From a virus (taxonomy: Duplodnaviria > Caudoviricetes), in IMG/VR virus record IMGVR_UViG_3300020050_009955, positions 35,356 to 99,355 of that record: a DNA stretch of 64,000 nt. One strand, 5' to 3'. Both the position numbers and the translations under genes were made by a program. Position 1 is the stretch's first letter. The number at the start of each line of letters is the position of its first letter. A model generated the notes under the pieces. The model searched no databases. It saw nothing but the letters and a program-made list of their open reading frames with translations, and was not told the origin of the DNA. Positions 20,601 to 26,300 of the stretch are shown one piece after another.

Positions 20601-21652
20601 AAGTAGTAGATTTGGCACAACCTATTGATGTAATAATATTAGACAGCACTGTAGCTGAAGAAGCTGAAGAAATTAAAAAGAATTGTGAAGGGTCTGGAGG
20701 ACTTACAGCAGAGTCTGGATTAACAATTGGATTCACTCCAGGATCTAAATGGTCTTTAGTTAAAGATCTTAAAGGTCCTTCACATGCACAAGGTGGTATA
20801 GATTTATCTATTGATAATGGAAAAGTTATGTACTCAGATGGAAATACTAAGTTTCATGCAGCTAATGGATTAGTATTACCAGCAAATACTCCTGATCCTC
20901 TTTTGGGGAATATAGCAAACACAATAAATTTACCAGAAATTGAAATTACGGCTAAAAGAACTTTGTTAGATAATTTAAAAGGAGGTGTTAGAAAGATTAA
21001 AAATAATGTAACTAATACAATAAATAAAATTCCAAATTATTTGATGGATGCTGTAGAACAAACAAAGAACTTTGTAACTCATCCAAAAGTTCCTCAAAGC
21101 AATGTGGGATATTATATGAAGGAATATTCATCTTTAGCAGCCGCACCATTAAATGCTAGACTTTTAATTGCGGATATTCTAGGAAATCGTGAACCCATTA
21201 CTGAAAGAGATTTAACTGATCAAGAGTTAGAAGCATTAAGAAATGTAGCTAATACAGCTATGAAAAAAGGACATTCATACATAAAATACCCTGATTACAG
21301 TTCTGGAAATAGTAATATAAAACAAGCAAATAATCCAGAAAGTAGATTACAGTTTTTAAAAAATCAATTTGATCCAGAATATAGAATAAAAACTGCTATA
21401 GGTCAAGCAAACATAGAAATTAATGATAAAGACACTTTCGTAGTAGATAAATATAATTTTAATGATGCTGGAAAAAAATCTTTAAAAGAGATTTTAGCTA
21501 TACAAAATGGTAGTCCTTATAGTGCTGTAAGAGGTCTTGCATCTTTGATGGGATCACCTAAGGGAGAAGGAGCACCAATTAAAATTAAATTAAATAAGAA
21601 AAAACAGAAATCTATACCATTGCAAAATAGATGGGATTTAATAACTGATTAA
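2690..21652 (+). CDS. Giant virion-packaged RNA polymerase polyprotein (6320 aa) with SF1 helicase, zincin, L,D-transpeptidase and macro-like domains
   Basis: Double-psi-barrel RNAP motifs: TDG (~15761), FRIPS (~16870) and GWDFDVDALF (16985-17014). Also Walker A SGVLGSGKST, VVDEA, VGDMSQ, YTSIGRAK, HEVIH and H..(x)..SWGC. Confidence 0.9.
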   Translation: MIDTTPLIPNTPIPYSGEPRKQYTPGPEVQRNNEQLARQIQHPTFGDIYTRDVSGTPYKDFKSYDTNISPYSNQAFLRGENQKWYEQAVNGTLNMIPSTILKVVGTGASLAGGFGGLLSGKGFIKGASENAASQSLREIEDYFKNEILPVHGTRAYFEGNAVSRLGTTSWLFNDFADGVSFMASAYLTGLGIQGILGKMGSITKGLQQFGLTAASEKNIASFAAKQLIKFKDASGLATKHLATGFVNTVFEASAEAHDSREQIETYYNAKIQAAESSGDTQLVKQLEHEKEINADSAMASTFLFNAALLGFTNTLLEAKWFLNKAESSNTALKNELLAKGVRDQSDEALEGLINSAKEGIKKPNYLREFGKGVFNEAYIEENYQAAVQNRFFNKYSQTQDEKDNSIFSNMGYDLGSIILQSAKNAKGFTKDVLALPFHALGLDTSGFETKTGSAEDEAAQAMFAAVGISGPMAMKAAHSEYIQDLEAVGEVSQEVKNLVNIVKLSGEHLIENVRQPLRKFTNTSVDADGKANTEETIVNPVTGKHEFDPVEFAKGNKRGANVLDKHKKAVQAVMAEDEEALSIISDQVTNEWGYDLFSLSQGRITDDELQIILDNHPAFQNKDLQQLGLDNIIADRKDTLKKSVETLKKLSSKYEIMSDFIPQADLSKLTDEEREIEINKRFDKSLDRSIRNDVMRTEFFVNYNKDAVLKADDTLQAYKDDTAIDEEVLKNMTPEQGGRYLDLIDYNQALADLAKGDKSITKQIITKQLTRSSKFQRDYLDILKRHNKVSEDLKEAKTEKEKAELSQKSKELQEEFDQKKYLKEEEEKIEGWEAITSSLQVGDSKISVPHYSVSDSIERKVGARRLYNGNLKTSIRANTAGKLVAKDVLDARLTPILNEIKTGPITGQRLAEIVQELSDLVTNVSSVSLGSPVLLQILEKLRKDYLLSEEAIISANKDLKNIIVGDNGPVDTSIVGELETLIELIDGGQGEEVAGFLDDEDSPLHNLFNLVDKQRNNSNASPELKKAIVDTYQQFIIDTANKFLEGPELAAILATDLNSNEDVFKRIVSFVVDIDNSESLVKLREFVSEYFDKNGSNNSQAIEQLKQLINTKAPKSRIQDDLNAVKEIKRNPDEFNISEAYKSLTSIAQELIPIFAELTDIALLYTGDDRIKVAQNHTVKDTNINNYTDLEKVFQAIYDLKNAKKVFENRKDISDEFRTKMLDKINTQLTLLNIIEERVQANVYKSDLQNQLYLDHKTFGLLSAFGIMTKNSDVDPENAVVKLFQEILKDTDINVVDELTRHRDSKSLSALMGFISLAQTKANPEQIKEINTLLDNFAEGLQLEILSKHANLFRGKESVPGTFAEFAKNPSKKARSFFLHTFFMFDGRKIKDNKVQEDKLNAYKQDPKSGFFQITEHNNFLEALKIANEDVKRGLISEVEYDNLKIFVNQILRPLQGIEALKNNLNSKYSYATLQEEVFKISGQKNLNLSQQQFAAMMDSLLFLLSDNNSNVDQLGYAAVLSGVLGSGKSTLVGLLTNIHAKLTGKDSVKHVLGTAHVDVASENINKHIDSTSTQNKTVGQLTSDDLKDTEILVVDEAFAMSNDQIDSLHLLIKEINALRTSNKIKVLFVGDMSQNRLDQDHILASDTFTRDNGVIKSAQALTIISPLATIYRTSIDAIASTLFKFKDSIEDIAAVDTKSTITSLQEYTNQALGIVQVNSEALPQFLAARDTTRSALVIVNSSEEVGKFIASLTQFTQKSLKELNIEVKSYYDVQSLTRDEAYILLDKTKPGHHGQMFTNKTFNSAMYTSIGRAKQFVGISGNSVIVNSEKQELDDAISIGEIIKQKLKDATTNFENGFIYAMGKYFDKAVTKNTTKEKEAEKTEETDVVPIDIDKDDKEDLDEDNNPIPDQPEDEDYTNPDGTSNDIITEIGSKTDSSLSARLNNTNNAAIKRVLKGRTSTDGVDAIVVKREKVLPTGGTQIMYSIMVPDISGNYHEVAVLDTEELNGTFVSLINDNIPVLDVFREGLRESDLAPHQVGRFKLSYLSNGKYDNTGEEKNTNLSDLVIQWAKGFYGDNWKDSPLFNKDGSIDWSKFQTSVITRKLYDQLKLSERGFSAGILGATILRIKEYNPKAPKSLDQFIILNTQQAHLSKGWYNKTVAPIQKFYAATKAVEDILVAEPFVTANVNDYNLYLGDSKLRFNTDLLDAFAREAYTYGDVALRKNSLEILRNILSGDALKFNMKNISDEQLLKLQDALHELVGLAYIKKSKQLVIPNTPEAIKELEDTYGKGYTFDLTTHPTHNKKPNTKFIIVKVLNENNEPIKFLVQSHSLGNSEVQKAFKNFSRNAGDRKFKGHTLNVTHTYTKEGRNGLEVEKVSSPKTLVSLRRGSKNGKTGQSSIGWYGLMKARFRWMISEHPNGTRYAENVQDKQALSTLRKEFNRIIDTEFNGKGKYIGGNDELIERLSRDFPEEMNHVLDSLYDESTVPVTSTLLQAISEIAENTPIYLDPQQKVNPDGSVSEGEPTPLRINMDAGIGSRVMTDSKTRDFVESATTNRFINYTPGGVELELKEKPNDGETLKSASLKRVNANINNEEAVYKKVSYNPNVDTIVEQHIKVIADMVKDHLGSINFFVDEKQGDVLGGVTYFRDIDNNPVVLFGKETIGLSLFYHEVIHALTQQVILKDDKDCTEKELLFKKRISNIFNLFKDNLKDYSDLSIEDILGSTWSDLDEHEFIANLTNTKLVEILQQMKVQDIKSKNLFQAILDAILNLFGLTEKDNPDLYELTLKSLSDLITKDAANSGPDVIIAPVPIDVIPLPSEKKPWKARTKQETEISNLEYKIRALDIADDSATKEIERLEEANKQLEGIIPEIQEALDNVKKKLKEKKESKTPVVGEQNQSPITVQPDEQFLSNVVESQVSIDDIENIADEEDIDESEVVDRIKQEVRNSIDNLIPAKPLGKTLQRIITKILNSLFSFALVVTTMFGNLPGLNAYDYRDKVITTESISSQFIESKIKNSEVYQQLTEDGKIILINQAKLKSDKPFILVDKPTATAYIFNKDGVLQKSFPVVLGAAIGDSANQADVNSTRPGKYATTPAGRYNLKYGGGSEEDYINYHNKAYYLTDSKTGKLAKNGVSLHIVYQGELEKRTKALNTPTPNDNRLSWGCVNVDEKIWDESIAPIVDSGLDVIITRDFQTTPFLSFSNDTSTTNRIDGRVANIISDLELNKASLDYEYSERALETLLDRARKVMTDNRDIIKKYQDKINSNAKERTSLLKELKKLKKNLEPQVEEPKQTPKQRVDSFSLKARKYISEHGWSMEPSELIRFNEFLEKVEKFKVPGMAVKYIEKVLPTFNTTNKLFHLNFSTTLGADSQSTSPDSTFLKVANQGLMSLTKEFGGSVALLNEALFQTRKSVYEAMNGNTLTGLADPISFQKAKGIAYKNLSEDAGNMVQQFLITLENSGPLINSLNIDSIQKAVRVFEEKRQALSLLDEGTDLYNDTETIVETLNNIILQYRTPILALEKMANDKSIFFKLLNQVFNNWTVFELTPEDEQTEKDQANLANEIQNNEEVNIIESFSTEVKNFLSLIPIRDENDRIVSFVMPKTAITFLAELLHDDIDLYSVESTRQLRVSLVTMQRNGIIDKSKKAILDKLIQTIERFNLSQNEVVTRDKQGRETGRKIENILPKTTTIFIDYFGDHLDAINIPVYLIQAVDPADSLDLTGMSHKEAVYEYGDRVTVTKYADMETLLKANPEANQDLLKKMYYIHQAYNDLTNIKVYLGSLMNVNYIQGSEDSYSTGYGEERILDRKSSLTRVSGSNILNKSKNQLANLLIDIFSGSAFRMNGKVVTVNKSNVRDVFSGLINKLSTDPQSGVLELLKILNSANLLNFDDSVKSTIAYNELIKNIATSFVELYNKVLDDKEVLNRIFELNNSEDKLNETQIDQRRELNALFYRDVKFDALAVSFRQLAKAHVEVRGFNSIKTVDGKRLASFIPTSTFREVLKDYRRYKEGKTSRFLNSEFFGENIFLNGVNSIKDTTTRFYALESGRYIYNATGLSAAKKVSIAFNDAFISSIANTDVYFQMIYQQGEATKPEMPQVSFLKYEGIEKALDSMLKQLLVLDTDQVAQKKYQKEHRLNFSLYENAKKDLGKEDSSLSDANYRKQLVDHMIKQLFSRAQEMRKGLKSSQIPLTGNLRKAYTKVKASYVDSRSNTALASVLDFTQLAENLDDYYPHSTSFKDRIYPDDNELDLILFSFVANNYVNSFGLSQLAYGDFNMYGDIETLVKRAQMSASPGYLPLIHSKYGVERYANILMGTDVETPGSEYMKLLGNFNLSAREIEEIRDQLRDGDKFDSIERTDGVVFVTPRYFAKLQKSFGSGLNLRNVMKDQAFGWSEEIIADKEHYFATKEELYKYLKETKGLEKPIQNTHYIEELAEGYKDVISGYYPTKVKMQPVGLKNAMVVLDEAFIQQNSASREQLTKLKKLLDTAEVNGKNIDMLVFKSSNKVGAESTHNIFDNDGKLIENSEQNIEDSIIKLDMSLFKIQYNPHSEDTTTAVPRQLLHFANTIVDSPNSPEAQELYSTLASIQNLSYLNKFGSYDLDMSTIRGMFESTVQKGDENFVILSGISAGLPLDHPSLAVKAISSLGSTLNSIASRIRVPGGKLILRSDIGYELKDGKTKRKLTIGTSELGTPYAEAVIPAHFLTSAQKDAIASGKPLFIIPEMFGFRIPSGDMNAGLMIKVVDFYETEGRSNIAILPDLEIFKQGWDFDVDALFLLNFAELDKDYSIGKLNLTKGSLPGFELSKDGKSVYNILNGDSFEEFEKDLIAEVKSANNRIDSIENKLQSFKTAESKESLEYKELSSNLRREKKAIKDLNKIRITALKNRFVRGFFMLYNNPKNAGRILDVTTTKVIDNAIAMLRKDGLYDETPSMDLSFLEDNIAQYLNVNEASKAIGIYAKGSSVNAYIGHAGQLGTNNRPQIGEEMQFTMNGVLVDRIDPVTYAFGKKTSAYTLNNKLLNAFLDALKNPKIFTIGFNGANANLVDSALSVGGLNFEDVVLMFNHPLIKEAFKKRSFNDLMKEVEKSVVDAEGKYKESFLKLAVTTNDLKEAYKIHKANLLSEVAIAKDDTADATFKQSDDDALQTSEQIPSSEETTSEGFKQEDNLGLDTDDALTKMLQVLLKIHKISGQKFKYIALINNAQDKPSSLSDIFKWETDIKKLFNEEFLEDLVSKAAILDSKKTVDDLYKNLKSLIGDLREKNSKKTILAPDVQFDTEKILEKTPHLIVSLMQTLIHIENLKKNFAILSPNALAVAGSFLPTLDAQRADSNSAKMLSVYTLSDMLISSFVSDLINTRGATISKYNSKESELSRRSYEGIAAFNHKFAQKIKAVEELESKLQLKNKYFRKNIFLEHILVNIGNLIQVKASEAYSIANFESVDYFTAFNNLSRYAFEEVLDENGNFVGYSAYEDFAQTESSLQQDFVTYATFKYGLRAAGNNYIGAIAPEYLAKYTKFINRMYKIWLTRNPDVSNLKDLFKIYAGLKYFKSVPTVAKYTKDDTGNYETTLRDNKDGVFTTALKNELRKEFGRDFYFDHAIMYDSKNATPDLFLRLNDEKNIQKQKFLVRVAVLKEGGQKAVALYQKISHGETLLTQRPYKIADHFLTDKPTMKFIPSVGYFIHDETVLDSEGNQVANEFSVPYNKETHKDHNLAPQIYGTYYDDVLRHNLSLLELVNYETYKEDNVLKFRVVQSDIGYRNFDESTNRYTDSKQTQDEINQKDVKLRRQYFAMQKAPIDYFDISKGSRYFGPNNVLVHMTNEVNIPLNKQAKLAHFSNRDGKLSGKRKKLSQMDYSEIGTTNKLVTGKKGFGFPLVVNQTNDSKNPTKEFNASKSTIVKSLRLLFTEAKNNPDKIFQMVFNDVADGSKLTLAEFASYIVNAKVPIPSNIFMNPKLYNEVKRLSDIQREDKLVTPKEKVVDLAQPIDVIILDSTVAEEAEEIKKNCEGSGGLTAESGLTIGFTPGSKWSLVKDLKGPSHAQGGIDLSIDNGKVMYSDGNTKFHAANGLVLPANTPDPLLGNIANTINLPEIEITAKRTLLDNLKGGVRKIKNNVTNTINKIPNYLMDAVEQTKNFVTHPKVPQSNVGYYMKEYSSLAAAPLNARLLIADILGNREPITERDLTDQELEALRNVANTAMKKGHSYIKYPDYSSGNSNIKQANNPESRLQFLKNQFDPEYRIKTAIGQANIEINDKDTFVVDKYNFNDAGKKSLKEILAIQNGSPYSAVRGLASLMGSPKGEGAPIKIKLNKKKQKSIPLQNRWDLITD

Positions 21653-21656
21653 AAAT

Positions 21657-21993
21657 ATGAAAACTAAAGTAGAAGCACAAGGTGGTGTTTATAGTATAAA
21701 AAATAATATTAATAATAAAATTTATATAGGATCAACCTCAAATTTTAAAAGAAACTGAAGAAAAACTATCACTACATATGATTGAAACAAGAAAAAGCAA
21801 AGATTGGCCTATTTTTGTTGGAGAAAATAATCCAAATAGTAAATTTACAGATATACAAGTTTCCAATATTAAAGAAATGCTGCATGAAGGTATTAAGCAA
21901 AGTGACATTGCTAAAATGTTTAATGTTTCAAAAAGTTGTATTAATAAAATTTTTAAGAATAAAAGTTATAAAAATATAAGACATGCGTATTAA
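21657..21993 (+). pseudogene. Decayed GIY-YIG homing endonuclease (N-terminal GIY-YIG fragment plus a frameshifted NUMOD3/HTH remnant)
   Basis: 21657-21758 reads MKTKVEAQGGVYSIKNNINNKIYIGSTSNFKRN*. The +1 frame continues ETEEKLSLH...GENNPNSKFT...IAKMFNVSKSCI (HTH). The central catalytic part is missing. Confidence 0.8.
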
Positions 21994-22954
21994 TGCACAG
22001 GGAGGCGAGTTAGTATTACGAAACGAACATGGTGATACTATCATTGTACCACGAGAAAGAAGGAAAGAAGCTATGAAAGCTTTATTAAAAGATGATCATA
22101 GGGCTATAGATTCATTAGCTTTGCAGTTACCAAAAGCTGAATCTTATGCTGCTGAAGGCACAGTCATGAAAGGTGGGGATCCAGGAAAAGATTTATTTAG
22201 ACCTGATGGGACAAGAAAAGGAAAAGGATTTTATGGAAACTTGCCAAACAAAAATGGCAATATTTCTTCTGAATTGTCTATATCTTCTGGAGATATAGAA
22301 GACGGAAAAGATGTACTTATTCCTACTTTAATTCCTGGATTAAATAAAAGTGAAATAGATTATCTATTATCTAATAAATATAATCCACAATCAAGAAAAG
22401 GTATGGATGATATTATATCTAGGAAAGCTATAGATTTTGCGAGAAGTAGAAAACAACAAGGTTTTCCATATTTTGCACATGATATAGAAGAAGGAGCTTT
22501 TAAAATGCCTAATTATGCTACTGGAGGTACTGTATTAAATGGAGAAGATCCATTTAATACCACACTATTAAAACCACAACCATATAAACCCTCTAATAGA
22601 GTTTTAGATGCTAAAGGAGCTCTAGCAGGATTATCTCTAGCTGGTAATGCATTTGCACCTACTATTGGCTATGGTGCTCAGTTACTAAATGTAGGAGGAG
22701 ATTTGTATACAGGTACTAGGTATGCTATGGATGGGCAATATAAAAATGCTGCAATAGATTATGGCGAAGCTTTAGTTGGATTGATTCCTTCATCAAGAAT
22801 AATTGGTGGTAAAGGACCATTTGATAAAATTAGAGTAGTGGATAATACATACGCTAATAATTTTAATATAGCTCTAGATCTTTTAGACTTATCAAATACT
22901 CCAAATAATTATGATATGAAAAAACAAAATAATAAAAACAAAACTAAAAAGTAA
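21983..22954 (+). CDS. Modular virion-associated protein (323 aa) with repeated YAxxGTV..DP linkers
   Basis: ORF track. It begins NAQGGE, and YAAEGTVMKGGDP and YATGGTVLNGEDP separate three modules. Confidence 0.6.
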   Translation: MRINAQGGELVLRNEHGDTIIVPRERRKEAMKALLKDDHRAIDSLALQLPKAESYAAEGTVMKGGDPGKDLFRPDGTRKGKGFYGNLPNKNGNISSELSISSGDIEDGKDVLIPTLIPGLNKSEIDYLLSNKYNPQSRKGMDDIISRKAIDFARSRKQQGFPYFAHDIEEGAFKMPNYATGGTVLNGEDPFNTTLLKPQPYKPSNRVLDAKGALAGLSLAGNAFAPTIGYGAQLLNVGGDLYTGTRYAMDGQYKNAAIDYGEALVGLIPSSRIIGGKGPFDKIRVVDNTYANNFNIALDLLDLSNTPNNYDMKKQNNKNKTKK

Positions 22955-23367
22955 TGGCATATAATTTAGCAAATGAGGAAGAATTCGAATCTTCTCAAGA
23001 AAAGAAATCAGAAAACACAATAGCATATGTTCTATCTTGTATGATGGAGCTTAGAGATAATGCACATATAGCACATCTTCAATCTCGATCTTACGCAGAA
23101 CATATAGCTTTAAGCGAATTATACGATGCTATACCTGGCTTATTAGACAGCTTAGCAGAATCTTGGCAAGGTAAATATGGAATCATATCTGGTTACCATG
23201 CACCTATGATTCAAGAGGGTATGAATTTTATCGACTACCTTAAATCTAAGGTAGAAGAAGTAAATGAGTTTAGAAAAACTGTAAAAGATACTTACATTCA
23301 AAATCAACTAGATACTATAGTAGAAACATTCTCTGGTATCCTATATAAATTACAATACTTAAAATAA
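22954..23367 (+). CDS. Ferritin/Dps-like four-helix-bundle protein (DUF5856-like)
   Basis: HIAHLQ-x4-AEHIALSELYD-x6-DSLAESWQGKYG and a C-terminal QNQLD...LYKL pattern, typical of phage ferritin-like proteins. Confidence 0.75.
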   Translation: MAYNLANEEEFESSQEKKSENTIAYVLSCMMELRDNAHIAHLQSRSYAEHIALSELYDAIPGLLDSLAESWQGKYGIISGYHAPMIQEGMNFIDYLKSKVEEVNEFRKTVKDTYIQNQLDTIVETFSGILYKLQYLK

Positions 23368-23372
23368 ATTAA

Positions 23373-26300
23373 ATGAGTTGTCCCAATATTAATAGTCCAG
23401 AATGGAAAGATTTAGTCGAACTGGTTGGAGAACCTATGGCTTATAGAGTCTTTGCTGTAGATCCTGAATTAACTAGAGTTAATGAATTGCGCCAGAATTT
23501 TCTAGATGAAAAAAGAAAATTCTCATTTGCTATACGTAGGCCTAGAAATACATCTTCAAGGGCAAAATCAGAAATAAGTGAAACTTATGAGAAGGTTTTA
23601 AAAAGTATTGATAGAGCTAATAGTGTTGAAAGTAGAAGTAGTTCCTTCACTAAAGTTTTAAATTTAGGAGCTACTCTTGATTCTACAATAGATTATAAAG
23701 GATTAACCACACCTGATGGGGTTATTAATAAATTTAGACAAAAAGCACATATAGATTCAGTAGAGTACATAAGGAAGCAGGCAGAAGAATTATATAAAGA
23801 TACAGTACCAGGAACTAAAATCTTACATGTTTTCTCTAAAGATCCTTTAACAAAAGAAGAGTATATAGAAAATAGAAAGAGATACAGTGAGTATGCTGCA
23901 CATAGGGGGAAGGTTATGGAATTGATATTAACTATTCCTTTGATGACACAAGGTGTGGAACAAGATAAAGCATTTGAAGAGTTAGATGATTTATATGATA
24001 AGATAAATGAGTATAAAGAGTTTTTAGAATCTATATTAGAAGAAAAAAAAGCTAAGATTAATGATACTTGGCATGGTTGGGCGTTAGAAGATAAGAGATT
24101 CCCTAAAAGAATATTCGATATTTTAGGTATAGATATTTTTTCAGAGGATTCTACAGTGCATTATACTTTCCAACCTACGATGAAATCAGATATCTTAGAG
24201 ACTAAAGCGGTATTAGATATGCTTATAGAGCATGAGCCTCATAGGTATTCTATAATAGATTTTAAGGCTGGTTTTAAATTTGGACAAATGTCTAGTTCTA
24301 TACCTTTAAAATATTATAGGCAGGCCACTGGAGATATTAGTGATAACCCACAAGATATAGCGAAACTTCAAATAATGTGGGAAGCTATGTTAGTTAGGAT
24401 AAATGATCCTAAAGCAACTTTTCAAAATCTAACAGCTATATGGATAACAGAAGAAAACTCTTTATATAAATCTGGAATAAAGTTTCATGTTAATCCTAGA
24501 GATTACATAGGAATTATAGTGGAATATTTAAAAGCTGAACATCCTGAAAAATATGAAAAGCTTTTATTAATTGATCCAGAGTTATTTGATTTTAGGACAT
24601 ATACTGCTGAGAGTACTGAATCAAAAGAATTTAAAAAACGATTTCCTGATTCTGCAGAAGATAAGTTATTGAATGATGTTACTCAGGAGATAATATATCG
24701 GCAAAATTATATGGACTATAATACTGATGGAGAACGTAGAGGTGTAGATAATAAAATTAGAGATCTATATGACTTAATGTTAGATCACAATGCTGATAAT
24801 GTGGCTAAGACTGGAATGGGTCTTAATAAGAATATGGATTTTAAGACTATTCGAGATTTATCTTTAGGTGAATATTGGGTAGGTTCTTTCTATAATATTA
24901 AACATGCTGTGATATCAGCAACTTTAGAGGTTGTTCATAAACAAATGCTTAAAGCTACTACTGATTACAATAAAGATAGTTTAATATTTAGGTCTATTAT
25001 GAAAAACATTATAATAGACTATGCAAAGGATAGAGACGCGGGTTCGGTAGATCGTTTACAAAACTTATTAGCGGATCCATTTACCGAGTGGAGTCCTGCC
25101 TTAAGAAAAATTTTAGGTACATTCGATCAAAATATTTTAAATGGTTGGATATATGTTACAAAATTTGACAAAGAATCTAATGCAAATGAAATGTTATACG
25201 CAACTACTGAAGAAGAGTTATTAGAAAATGCAAAAGATCCTAAGTATAAGTGGATTTTAGATTCTTCTGGTAAGGTAAAAAAACCATATATTCAAATGAT
25301 GCAATTCTTAAATGAGAAATATGGTTCTGTTTTAGATGCTAAGAGAAAAGATTCTATGTGGAATACTAAATTATCATATAAGTTAGTACATGGAAAACCT
25401 GTAGACATTTCATTTGGAGATGAAATCAATTCTTCAGAATATAGAAAAAGATCTCCATTTAAATATAAAAAAGGGTTCTTTCCAAAAGTTGCCAAATTGA
25501 GAGAAGAGTTTCCTGTATTATCTTTTAGAAACTTTTTTAAAAAATATTTCACAAACTTCTATGAATTAGCTTTTATGGAGTATGGAAATAATGATGAATT
25601 AATTCCAATACAAGGATTAACATCTAAGTATAATAGTATTGAAGGAGAATTTTCTATGTCTTTAGAAAATCAATTTGAGACTTTTATGAAGAGTGCGTAT
25701 GCGAAACAACATCTAACAAAAGCTTATGCTCTAATAGAGGCTATAAAAATTAAAAATTCAGATGTAAAAACTGGTAAGGTTTTATTACCTAGATTACAAT
25801 CTTGGTTAACTGCTCAACAAGAAATGGCTTTACGTGGAAGACGTCCACAATTAACGAATACCTTTTCTAGATCCCTACCATTTTCATTCTCATTTGCCAG
25901 TAAAGATGATGATCAAATGATTAAAACTATGCAAACATTTGACTTAGGAAAGTTTCTACAATCCTTTGGACAGCTTACAGGTTATATGCGATTAGGGTTT
26001 AATTTACCAGGTGGTTTTAAAAATACAATGGGTATAATGATGTCTTCTTTCACAGAAGCTTCTAAGCAATCTTTAATGCAAAGATTCTATAATGATCCAA
26101 AAGCAACTAGATTTATTAATGACTTTACTACTATGGGTGCTGCAGAATTTGCTTTAGCTTTAAAACCTGCAATAGGTATCCAAATAGATGGAATGAAGGG
26201 AAATCTTAATAAAAATAAAGCATGGGTTTTAATGAATAAATTTGGATATATTCCTTCAATCTCCCCATTAAGATCTGAAACTAAATATTTTACCTCTAAG

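Noticed and set aside
21745-21760. Programmed frameshift rescuing the GIY-YIG gene
   Set aside because: The joined product would be only about 110 aa and would lack the catalytic core. An internal deletion explains it more simply.
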